This document shows, in pieces, positions 52,201-64,000 of a stretch of 64,000 nucleotides of DNA. The position numbers were made by a program, and so were the translations under genes. The notes under the pieces are model-generated. The model had not been told where the DNA came from. It was given only the letters and a program-made list of their open reading frames with translations, and did not search any database. The DNA is from Ruditapes philippinarum (Eukaryota). Each line of letters starts with the position of its first letter. Position 1 is the stretch's first letter. The stretch is from positions 186,001-250,000 of the forward strand of contig NW_026856455.1 of the NCBI RefSeq assembly GCF_026571515.1. Reading direction: 5' to 3'.

Positions 52201-55200
52201 CTTTACGGATTCATGTCACATTACTTTCGAAGAAAACTTATCTAAAATTAAAAAAAAAATGTTTTTAAAATAAGTGTCGACATTAAAACTGATCTTACCT
52301 TGACATGATCCTTCCAGCATGGTAAAACCATGTTGACATTTACAGGTGTAACTTCCGTTGGTGTTGACACAAACTTGATCACATTTATTCATTGCAGAAT
52401 CTTTACACTCATCTACATCTATAAATGAAGATTTTTTGTTCTAGTGTTTTATCTGACTCCGATGCAAGTATTATTTTGTGGCAATTATAAATAAATGTAA
52501 ATAAAAAACAAGAGCTGTCGGAGGACAGCAATGCTCGACAATTAGCACAGATATCAAAGTAATGACATTGGACAAATGGAAAGGACAGGAATTGAATACA
52601 GGTCTACTTTTTGACAGACCAGCAATCTACCTGTGCGCAAGCCCGGCTTGTTTAGTGGAAATGCATTTTATATTTATCAGAATATCATAATGAACATGAC
52701 TTTTGAAAAGAAGTTTGAAGTACTGCAAATGAAAATTGAAACATTTATTGATTACAGACTCAGATCATTATTGCAAACAAGTAATGTAAGTATCATGGCT
52801 ATATCTCAAAAGGTTATGTAATTAAATGAAAAGATAAAAATATAAAGTTCAAAAGGGGAGAGAAATCATCCTAAATACAAGATAAAATTATGGATCTGGG
52901 TCAGTGACCTACAATTATGACCCTTATGCATTTGTGAAGTTGTAAAATAATATCTTTGATAGTTATTGAGATATGTAAAACTTGCATGTCAACATTAACC
53001 AAGAGACTAAGTATAAAAGGGAAGATAAATCAGGCTAATTAAGTACATGACACAGATATGAGTGCTGATCAGTGATCATTATTTATGACCACACAAATAC
53101 ATGTGAAGTTTCAAATTTGTATCTTTAATAGTTGCAGAGATATGCAAAACTTGCATGTAAAACTTAACCCAGAAAATGAGATTTTTTTAGTACAAAAGGG
53201 AGCATAATTCAGTCAAAATACATGGCAGAGTAATGGATCTTTAGATGTGACCATCAAATATAACCCTAAGTACATGTGTAAAGTTTCAAGTAAATATCTT
53301 TGTTAGTTCTTAAGTTTCAAAGGGGCATAATTTTACAAATATTGCAGGAAGGCTTCTGCTTTTTTGCAAGCTAATGAATATTGTTACTACAAAAAAGTGT
53401 TGTAAATTTCAATAGAATATATCAAGCAATAATTGAGATATTTGACTTAACAAAAATTTTTTTACCAAAATTTCTAAGTTAAATAGGGGCATAATTCTGT
53501 AAATATTGTAGGCAGAGTTATCCAACTTGTCAATCAGATGAACATTGTTACAATAAATAAATATTGTAAGTTTCAATTGAATATCTCAAGCAATAATTGA
53601 AATATTTGATTTTATAAAAAACTTGAACCAACGCAGACACCGACCCAGACGTTGACGCCAACGCCGACGCCGGGGCGACTGCATTAGCTCTCCATATTCT
53701 TCGAATAGTCAAGCTAAAATTGAATTAATGACGATCATTTCACAGTAACCTTTTTATTCTATATGCAATTGATAAAATTAAATAAATGCATGTATATCTA
53801 TAACATATAGGAATAATTTGTTCATATATATATTTTTTCCCGTTCTATAGAACTTAGATACTTTTATATAATGCCTAAAAAGATAAGGCTAAAAAATTGA
53901 ATACGAAATCTTATTTAGACATTCATAAATATTATATAAAATGATTTAATATAATTTTACCGATACACTGATTAGAGATATTAATGTATCCAGTTTTGCA
54001 GGAACAAACAGCTCCGCCAGCTGTATTAACACATCTTGTATTAGCAGCAGAGCACCGTAGAAGACCAGCTGTACATTCGTCAACGTCAATGTTACAGTTA
54101 TCCCCAATCCAACCAGAATCACATACACAACCTGAAATAGGAAAGACGTATCCATTTACTGAAACGTATTTCTTGTTTTATAAAAGACAATGACTTCAGT
54201 TAAATTCCGTCAGTGCCTATCGTAATGACAAACAAACAAAGAAAAAATTAAGTCTCTCCTGACAGTGCGTAGGTAAAATTATGATATCATATGTATTCTA
54301 ATGTCTTCAATGTTTTCAGATTTTCTTTCGGAGACAAAAGTGCACTCCTGCTACATAGATAATAATGTCTCAATTTGAATGTGTCAAATTTTAATAAAAT
54401 TTTTAAAATAGATGTAAACGATTCTTGTATTTTTTGAACTAATCATTTTTTTTTCATTATTTCTCTGTAGTGATAACCTCCTTAATGTGTCATTATGTTT
54501 AATCAAATTAATCATAACAGATATTTTAAGAAATAATCACATTGCCATTTGAATTGTGAAAATGACTACAATTATAAATTATTTTACAATGAAGTCCCAA
54601 AATCCTACATTATAGTTGCTATACAGAAAATGTGTAGAAAAACTGCTAGAAAGTAACATTTATTATTTTTATATTGAAATATACCAGTTTTCTTGTCACA
54701 AACTCCGTGTAAACAGCTGCATGTCTGAGAACATTCCTTACCAAAATGGAATTCATCACATACTTAAAAGTAAATTTGAAAACAAAACTGTAGAATCTTG
54801 ATATATATGTAGCAAGACATAATCTACAATTTATGATAAAAGTAGATTGAATAAGCTCATATTTATTTAAATTGTTTCGCAAAACTCAAAATCCTTGGAA
54901 TATCTCCACCTAATTGTTCAAAAATTCACTGACTTTGGTATTAAGCAGTCACAATAATTGAATTGCAAATTGAAAACATGCTTAAATGACCGAAAACATA
55001 TTTTACAAATATTTCATATGTTGTAAGAAATACCTAAATGAAAAATTATAATAACTGTAAATCTAAATGCAATGCACCATACTTAACAGAACATATATGA
55101 AACTGTATGTTATTTTGTTAAGAAGTATGTGTATATTACCTAAGCATGTCCTTTTGTCATTTGCAAGTTTTGTTCCTGTTGGACATTCACAAGTAAAAGA

Positions 55201-58200
55201 CCCGTATGTATTTCTGCAGGTTGCAACCTTATCACAAAGATTAAGATCGGCGTCGGTACATTCATTGGCATCTACAAATTCAAGTATTGATTTTAAGGCT
55301 GTATGTGAAATATTTTCTTATGTAACTCTAATTATAATAAAGGCATTGGCATTTTTTTATTAAACGGTTGATAAATGTTTATAAGAATTATTATTTTGTT
55401 TTAAATACTGTAGACTTATAGTGAAATTTATATGGATTTATATTATTTTTCACGCACAAACTTAAAACAATAGTGGCAATCAACAGTTACACAAAGTATT
55501 CTTTTGCAGCCAAAATTGCATTTCTTTATATTATTGGGCATTTTATAAAGCAAGTGAACACATTAAGTGGCCACATTTCTACAAAAGTAAGTAACATGCT
55601 CTAAATAGTATCAAACATTGTCGTAATTACCTGAACAAGTCTCTTTATCAGGTAAGATTTTAAAACCTTTTCTGCAACCACAAGCATAACCTACATCAAG
55701 AGCATTGCAGTAATGAGAACAGTTCAAGTTCTGGAATTGCAAACATGGATCTGAAACTAAAAACAGATAAGAAGTAAAATCATAATTTATTTTAAGAAAA
55801 ATGAAGAGAAAAGTAACATTCAGTTTGCTAAAATCAGTAAAATTGATATCAAATTAACAGGAACCATTGTCAAGAATCGCGATTGCTGTAACAAAAGGTA
55901 ATGCATAAACATATACTTTAAAATCCCAAAAAGGGTAGTATATGTTTTTTACATGTTAACTGATGCCATAAGAATAGATAAATGTCATCAGTTAAATATT
56001 TAAGTAACCATGTACGTGAAATTCGACAGAAAAAATAACATTTTTATTATGTACAGATTTGAAGACGTTCGCAATAGTATTGCCAAATACTATTTACATT
56101 ATAACTATAGATCTAATAAAATTTCACTACATTATACTGTTCTTTCATATTTGTTTTTATGTTATTTATGTCATAGGAAAATTTAGTGCTGTGTACTGAA
56201 TTATAAAATAATTACAAACCTTTCTCACAAGAAGATCTATCATCATTTAGAGTGTACCCTGTATTGCAGTAACAATTGTAAAACCCAGGAACATTCATGC
56301 AATTTTGTTCACAATCAGCCGTTCCCTGTTCACATTCGTCGATATCTAGAACAGTATGAATAAAGTTACAGGTCTTGATATCGATTTAAATTTTTAAGTT
56401 GTACGTTTCACAAAGACAAACGGTGAATAACATGCATTTCATAAAAATATTGAGATAATAGACACAATATACAATATACTATTCAAAAGCAAAACATTAA
56501 ATAGACACCGAGAGACTATTATGAAAAAGTTAATATATGGAAACGTTACAGGGTATTTAGAAGTACATATTTACCTGCACAAGATGTTTCATTTATCTCG
56601 ACATATCCCTCAAAACATCCACATGTATATCCACCGAAGGCATTGTTACATTCTTGCATGCAATCATGAAATATTGGACTTGCACATTCATTTATATCTA
56701 CAATGAAATGACAATGACTCCTATAAACGTTTTACTTGTACAAATGTTGTAAAGTCCTTCGGCTAGTTAAATCAAATTTCAGTATTTCAAATTTCTGTGA
56801 TTTCGGTTATTCATCTAGACGATACTTCACATGCGATTGTTTTGAATTAGAATTCACTGGAATCTCATAATTACCCTATAGAAATATTAAACGCAATACG
56901 AGTATTGATAAGACATCATTTGATTTTCTATTGTCAGCTTCTTTTTGTTCATTGATGATCTAAATAACTAACTGTACCTTCACATGTTCCATTGATTTCC
57001 TGAAATCCATTCATGCACTGACAAAGATATGATCCCAAACTATTGGTGCATTCCTTCATCGGGTCTTTGCAAATATTAGCGACGTCACATTCGTTGATGT
57101 CTTCATCACAAGTATCGCCTTCCCATCCAGGATCACACAAACACCCTTTTACAGGGTCACATATTTGCGCACCTCTACCAGTGCAAACACATTCCTTTTC
57201 ACAGTTTTCACCCCATCGTGTTGCAGCACATGCTAGAATGTCATAAACATGGCGTGTGTACATAATCATAAATATACAGTTCTGTGATGTCTATTATTCG
57301 ATATTATATACATGAAAATGTGTATGAATATGTATATTAAATATTATCATTAATTATAAATCGGGTAGTTCATTTACATGATTTAGAGGAATGGAATCAA
57401 GGTAAAAACTAGTAATCAATTTTCACAATAATCCGTTTAAATATATTAAAAATGTATTCGTACCTTCACAGTTGGTTAAGCCGTTCAAGTAATAACCGGT
57501 AAAGCAAGAACAGGTGAAGTTTCCATGATTATTTGTACATAATTGAGGACAAACATTCTTTGCACATTCATCTATATCTATATAAACATTAAACATGATC
57601 GTAAAATAATAAAACAAATGTTTTAAGATTTTATTTATAAAAGTATACATTGTCAGCATGCAGGTAAAATACGTATTTCATAATTTTCTGCTCTTTTGCT
57701 AACATTTTGTCGAATATAGATATGTCGGACTGATTATATTTCTATTAAAGTACTTCGTTTATTCTAAAAGAAACTGTTTCTTTAGAAAGAGATTACAGCC
57801 ATACCATCGCAAACGACACCATTAGCATCCAACTCTAACCCTCTGTCACAGAAACATTTTTCAATTCCAGCTTCAAGAATACATCCACCAGTGTCTGCGC
57901 ATTTACTTTCACTAGAAGTATTACAAACGCCTGTTGCTTAAAATTGATAAAAAGTATTGGAATTAAAATATAATGTAACACGAACTATATTTGCATATTG
58001 TCAAACAGAATGTACACTTTGTTACAATTAAAAAGATATGTTTCAAATGTTGATGCAAGGAAAGATTAAAGCACTTAACTAGATAATTTATTTCCATTTA
58101 ACCTGAAACATAGATGAAAATTTCACATTTTCTTGTGATTTTTAATCATTTATCATTTAAGTTATCCTTTGTCAGTTTTGGTTGCAAATACATGTATTAG

Positions 58201-61200
58201 TGACTTCTATTAAAATAATTATGTACTTTATATTGGCATTACAGTTTGTTTGAGCGATTGAGCGAGCCTCTCTAATTGTTAACAATAAATGATATCAATA
58301 AGTGAGAGGTTGCTTCACGTACATTTTTGAATATCACACCACCTTGCAACTGAATTTGTAAATACGTATGAGGTGTTTGTATTGAAGATAACAAGATCAA
58401 CATAAATACCTGTATCACAACATAAATACCTGTATCAGCAACACAAGTCGAACCGTCATCTTGAAGTTTATATCCATCATGGCATTGGCAGGAGAACCCA
58501 CCTGGATTGTTTACACATAGATGTGAACAATTATCCAAGGCTTCTTCGCATTCATTTATATCTGAAAGACATTAAAAAGAAAAATTAAACATAAGTTATA
58601 AAAATATAAAAAGAAGAATGGAAAAGTAAATTAAAAGTGCATTATATCATTTTTTATTGGACCTTAATGTTAACTTGTAACAAACTGCTAAAATTGAAAA
58701 TTAATGATGTAAAATCTTGACTATTCAAAGTTTCAATGAAATGCTCAAAATACAAAGTACTTTTTGAATAACAAAGAGTTACATATACTAAATCCAAAAT
58801 ATTTCAATTGATGATATTGAATTTCTTTAAAGTGAGTTGAAAGGTTCAAATAGTAGAGCTAAGTCGAGGAGAGCAAATCATAGTTTTCATAATAAATTTA
58901 GGTTACAATCCACGTGTAAACGAATCACTTGATGAAATTTTCCTTCCCTGTGTCTCAATTTCTTTGTTTTGGATAATTTGTATTTCTTAATCAAATAATA
59001 AACAAGCAGAGATGTTACGAATAAAATGACCAAAATAAGATCAGTCATAACAATATCTTCTTACCAATACACTTGCTTGTATTCTTTGCACTAACTCGAT
59101 ACCCAGTAAAGCATGAACATTCAAAACTACCCTCCGTGTTAACACATATGTGTTCGCAATATGTTGTCTTTTCAGAACATTCATCAACATCTATAATAAG
59201 AATGAAGCACTGGATGTGTTAGGAGTGTCTGCTAGGTTCATTAGAACGTTTTATTGTAGTAGTAATTTAAGATTCATATTTACTTTCATGTTTATCTCTA
59301 TTAGCTATCTGGGTAATTTACAGTGGTTTGTGAAAAAAATGACCATTTAAAACAAATGAAATTTAATAACTTGTTTCAGACGGCGATGTCACTTTGTTAA
59401 TGTTCCCCGAAGTGCTTAATCTGCTAAAGTTATTTCAAACATATTATACATTAATAATGATATACAATGTATATTGAAATACTCGTGTGAGATTATTTTA
59501 AATGGTTATCATCAAAAAAGATCTGATTATGTGTTTATAAAACCAAAAGAAGAATAGCATCAACATAACAATTTTTATGTACCTATACAATCGTCGATAT
59601 CAGAATCGTTCATGTCCTTAACGTATCCCTCAGGGCATTCAGCACAAATATAGGACTTGCCTTCGCTAAGCTGCTCTTTGGCACTTATAGTTGTACATTC
59701 TCTTTCTAATGAACAAGGATTCGTTGAACACCAATCTTTTTCATTTTCACAGTTAGGACCTAAAAATAGATTTTAAATTTAGATAAAATATTAAAAACCA
59801 GTTCATACAGGAGGGGCGGCATTCAATGAACGCAGTTCACATACGATTCAGCAACACTGTCATCTAGTTATATTTTCAGCCTTGACATTTCTTAAACATT
59901 ATAAAATCCAGCAGAATATTAATGATATTTTCATTACGCTTCGTTTTAAAGACATGTTCATAAGATACAAAGATCCCCTTATAAAAATGAACATGTTAAA
60001 ACATATCGTTATCTGCAATTTTGCAATCATGTTATCATTACCATCATATGGAGATTCACAGATACATTCGAAATATTTAAAGTACTGTGTTTGTTGCTGG
60101 TCATCTCTTATAACATTAGAACAAACACCATGTCCACTACATCCAGTACACAGTAGAACATTTATAACAATGCCGGGCGAAGAACGACCATTACTATTCC
60201 TCACAGCAACTCTGAAAGTTAGAAATCAAATACTTTTAAAAGCATACTTAATTTATTAAGCAATATGTATTATTATTTCAATTTTTATTAAGAAAACAAC
60301 CATACTGCCAGAAGCTTAAACTAAAGCTATATTATGTAATAAACATACAGTACAACTAGTAAATACAAAATATTCAATTTATAATTATAAATAAGTATGT
60401 GCTTTATTCAAAATGTTTAAAAAAGTTAAGAACATAATAATGAAAGTAGATATAAAATCGAACATTCTTAAAAAAACATACTGAATATCGACTGGGTCGG
60501 TGTTAGACTGCGTGTATTCCACTGTCGACAATGTTTTGTTGATCTGAGCATTTGCGTTATTAGCTATAAAATAAATATCATGTCCATCTTCAAAACTTAA
60601 TGGGCATGTAACTTTCTGTCCTAAAGTTGCATTGATACTTTCACATCCAGTAAGTGTGGGTTGAGTTTCATCTAAAAACAAACACATGAAAGATTCAGCA
60701 TAATATTACAAAGATTTTATGAACAAAAAGCATGCGGTATAGAACAACTTCGGAAAGAATGTCACAAACGAAATGTCTGTAAACCAAACAATACGTTTTT
60801 TTAAAATACTTATGAGATGCACTTACTAATTTCATTTCTGTCAAGATCCGCATCAGTCTTCAAAATTCTAGTAGCATTTGCAACCTCTTTATTTTCTGTG
60901 AATACGAGGTCAAAAACACATTCAATATTCTCGGCGCCATTACAGTCTTGCTCTGCTTGTGCTCGTTTATCAACATCAATCTCATCCAGAAATCTTGGAG
61001 TGAAAGAATTATTTTGATAATCTTGATGCGATTTGCCATCTTCATACACAAACATAGACTTCTTTTCATCAATCTCCCCTGTTATGTAAAACATGACCTT
61101 TTAGTTAATGAATTATTTATCTTATATGACGTATATTTATATGACTGTTATGAATAAAAACATAGCTATCGTGTAAACTACATGTTGAATTTTATGAAAA

Positions 61201-64000
61201 ATTACAGCAATGTATTCGATGTAGCTAAATCATAAAATACTAAAAATGTAATATGCGGGATTTCCTCAAGGAACTTATTTATTAGCTTGACATTTCACAA
61301 TGTTAACTGTCGCCCTTCCATATGTTAAACATATAAGATTATTACACACTGTTGATGATATAATTATACATTTCAGACATTGAAATCGATGACATTCAAA
61401 TGGTTCATCAAAAGGTTGTCAATAGATATGTGTTTAAGAAACAGTGCGACCAGTATACTGTAGATGAGCATTTATTCAATCAAGAGCCGAGAAGTTCAAT
61501 GCTTGTATTTTGATATTATATTGTTCCGAATTCAAAGCAGGGCAAGTCCATTATCTATATTATATCAATGTTAGTGTAAAAACACAGCCTAACAGGTATA
61601 TTCATTATGATAACCTCAAACTAAGCAATATTTATAGCAATCCAACGCTTTATTTAATTAACGCCATTTTCTTACATGTCTGTCCGTAATCAAATATTTG
61701 TCTCTCTGAAGAATTTGCGTTTATAACAGTACCATTAGGCATCATCAAATCGTTGTATGGATTCCCATCAAAGTTACCAAGAAGTCCGCTTGTGACGTTT
61801 GTCAGTGTATTTGGTATAATGGTGCTTATAGACAACATTTGTACACTAACTGATATGTTCAGCGATATGCCTAAAAGAAATATAACAGTTTTGGTGATGG
61901 TTATTTAATCATAGATGTCATTAGTTTGCATCAAAGCGCATCAAGATCAAATGTATTTCTATCTTAAATTCAAAAAAAAAAGGAGAAGCAATTTCAATAA
62001 TTTCAAAAGCAGGAAATACTTAAACCGAGTAGGTGCAGAGCTTAAATTCCTAGAACGAATCATTTATATTTCTTATTGTGTTAGAAAGCAATATATGTCA
62101 AAAGAAGAAAACATAAAATATTTTGTTTCACTAAGTAAATAAGAAATTATGTACATGGAAAAATTATTTGATAATCAAAATTCAAATATATTTCTGGAAT
62201 GAAAGATTAAATAAATACCTGAAGTTGGAAAAAGAACGCTTAATGCATTATCCCTACGTGCTAGAATAAGGTTGGCTTCGGGAGTTGAATATGTAAAGAG
62301 ATCATCCAAGCCCTTTTTAGAGCCAGCATTGTATTGACTTGTTATGTCCACTTGATTAGCATAAATGATCAAACCTGAAATTCACAAATTAATTTTGCTT
62401 TAAACATGACACGAGATGAAATACTCAGAAACATTTTCTTAAATCATTCTTTACTATCAAAAACAAATCATGTTATGTCATTTGACATTAACTACTGGTC
62501 GAAATAGTTTAAGCACATAATTAAAAGTTAATGTTGCTATACTGACCGTTATTTTAGTGCTAACAAATAAATTATTGGTTTACAAAGCTTAAATGGTATT
62601 GGTAGGAGAGGTTATACGTATGTGAACGGTTTCAATAATGTTATAAATAACATTACCCTAAATCCATATGTGTCTTCCTAAAAACAAAGACGGCGTCTCT
62701 TAAGTTTTATGATAACGTTGCTATCATGAATAGATAGAACATTAGGAAGCTCAAAACCATCATTGAAACATCTTATTTGAGACATACAATATATGCCGAC
62801 TGGAATGCATGATTACCGTTCCGTGCTTTGTTTAGCTCCACATGTACAGATGCATTGGTATTGTCCCTTGCAGCAAACGCCGTAAATGCAGTAGCATCTG
62901 TTAGGTTACCGTCTTTCTTTAATGTTCTGGCTGTTCTCGCCTGTAGATCAAATGTAATATTCTCCGTCGAAACGCGTAAAAGAACGAACTCTCCGATTCC
63001 ATTGAATGTGAAATTCAGACCATCTAGGGTTGCAAAATGTGGGTCTCCCCAAAAGACTCCTTAATAAGACATATCAAACATAGTTAAAACACTGTTTGTT
63101 TTTAAAGACATTTCTGAGTGTACTGCATTGTTGATAACTGAAAAGTCTTGAAACAAACTTATGTAGATAAATGGAGTCACCATTTTGGTTTTTTGTTCTT
63201 TTTAATCAAGTTTTTTTCTAATTTTTCTCCCATAAAATGCCTGCCACATTTTCAGTTTTTGCCGTGTTTGGCTTTTTCTAGGGATTCTGTTTTTTCTATT
63301 AGCAAGGTAACCCCTATTTCTATATTCAATTTACATATACTTTGTTTTAATAATATTTTTTTTAACTTGATGAATATTATATTTTTCTCTTCTTTTGTTT
63401 TCTTGTGTTTTGTTTGAAAGGAAAGAAGTAAAAATGATTACCAAATCTAAACGGGGAGATTTTGTAGCAGCTTCCAGTTGGTCTAAGTGAGTAATACAGA
63501 CTACAGTAATTTGACTTCATGCAACAATTTTCTTTCGGCTCATGATCATGCTTCAAGTGTTCATTTTGTATCTTTGGGTGATAAAGTTGGAAACCACCAG
63601 CAATTGGACGCTGATAAACCCACAGCCATGTTTTAAGGTCATAACAACATGACTGAAGTAGAGTCAAAACAGATCTTACATTCAATTGGTTTTCCGTAAG
63701 AAAACAATACATATTCTTTATATCTAAAGTTAAAATTGTACATTCTTTCGAAATTGAATATTCATTTGTTAATACAGCTCGGCCAAAAATTTCTTTATCA
63801 TAAAAAATCCTTGACAATTAGTTTCAATTCTTAGATAACATTGTTCACCTTTCCAAAATGTCCAAAGTTCCCCCTGTGAAGCATGTCAACACAATAATGT
63901 GATTTATCTTGGCGATGCCGATGAAGTCCAATCTGCCAAAACCATGGATCGAACCTTGACAATCTTATGTCACAAGGACATTCGGGGGTCAGACTTGCTA
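43259..64000 (-). CDS. Large transmembrane mucin-like protein (MUC4/SUSD2/mesh-related: AMOP-VWD-EGF/cbEGF array-SEA-EGF-TM-tail); ~39 exons visible, 5' end outside the window
   Basis: AMOP (CPCD...GKSCCYD...NCC...C.LYY..RP); VWD start [25 protein letters not shown] (62817-63060) and [14 protein letters not shown]; more than 20 EGF units (DINEC, C.N..GS..C.C); [14 protein letters not shown]; [29 protein letters not shown] followed by RKRKQKQKK (45289-45418); stop at 43259. Confidence 0.9.
52507..53719. mobile_element. Non-autonomous Helentron/HINE-like (pearl/CvA-type) element with internal ~165-bp tandem units
   Basis: Terminal hairpin gctgtc-ggag-gacagc; subterminal inverted pair gctcgacaatt / aatagtcaagc; ~5 units marked by aagggg(c/a)ataatt; (gacgcc)n tract at 53635-53672; A-rich ends. 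Confidence 0.75.

Overview
AT-rich, intron-dense eukaryotic DNA, most likely from a bivalve mollusc (inferred from the repeat families, not certain). Three genes are present. (1) The last coding exon of a NIPA2-like Mg2+ transporter (+, <1-449). (2) A complete ~37-exon thioester-containing protein gene (iTEP/CD109/A2M family, -, 7028-37668) with a signal peptide, intact GCGEQ, two duplicated phase-incompatible exons for the bait/variable region and an unusual Ser/YPG-rich C-terminal tail. (3) The 3' part of a large type I membrane mucin-like gene (AMOP-VWD-EGF array-SEA-TM, -, 43259->64000). Introns and intergenic DNA carry a decayed CR1/L2-like LINE, MULE-type MITEs, a Sola-like TIR element, a pogo/Tigger fragment, a Helentron/HINE-like element, SINE remnants and minisatellites; there is one 130-N gap. 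The strongest novel signal is an antisense copy of the shared exon 3' end plus 5' splice site lying between the two alternative TEP bait exons. It is a candidate competing RNA-pairing switch for mutually exclusive splicing. Exon boundaries were read by eye and are unvalidated; repeat boundaries are approximate.
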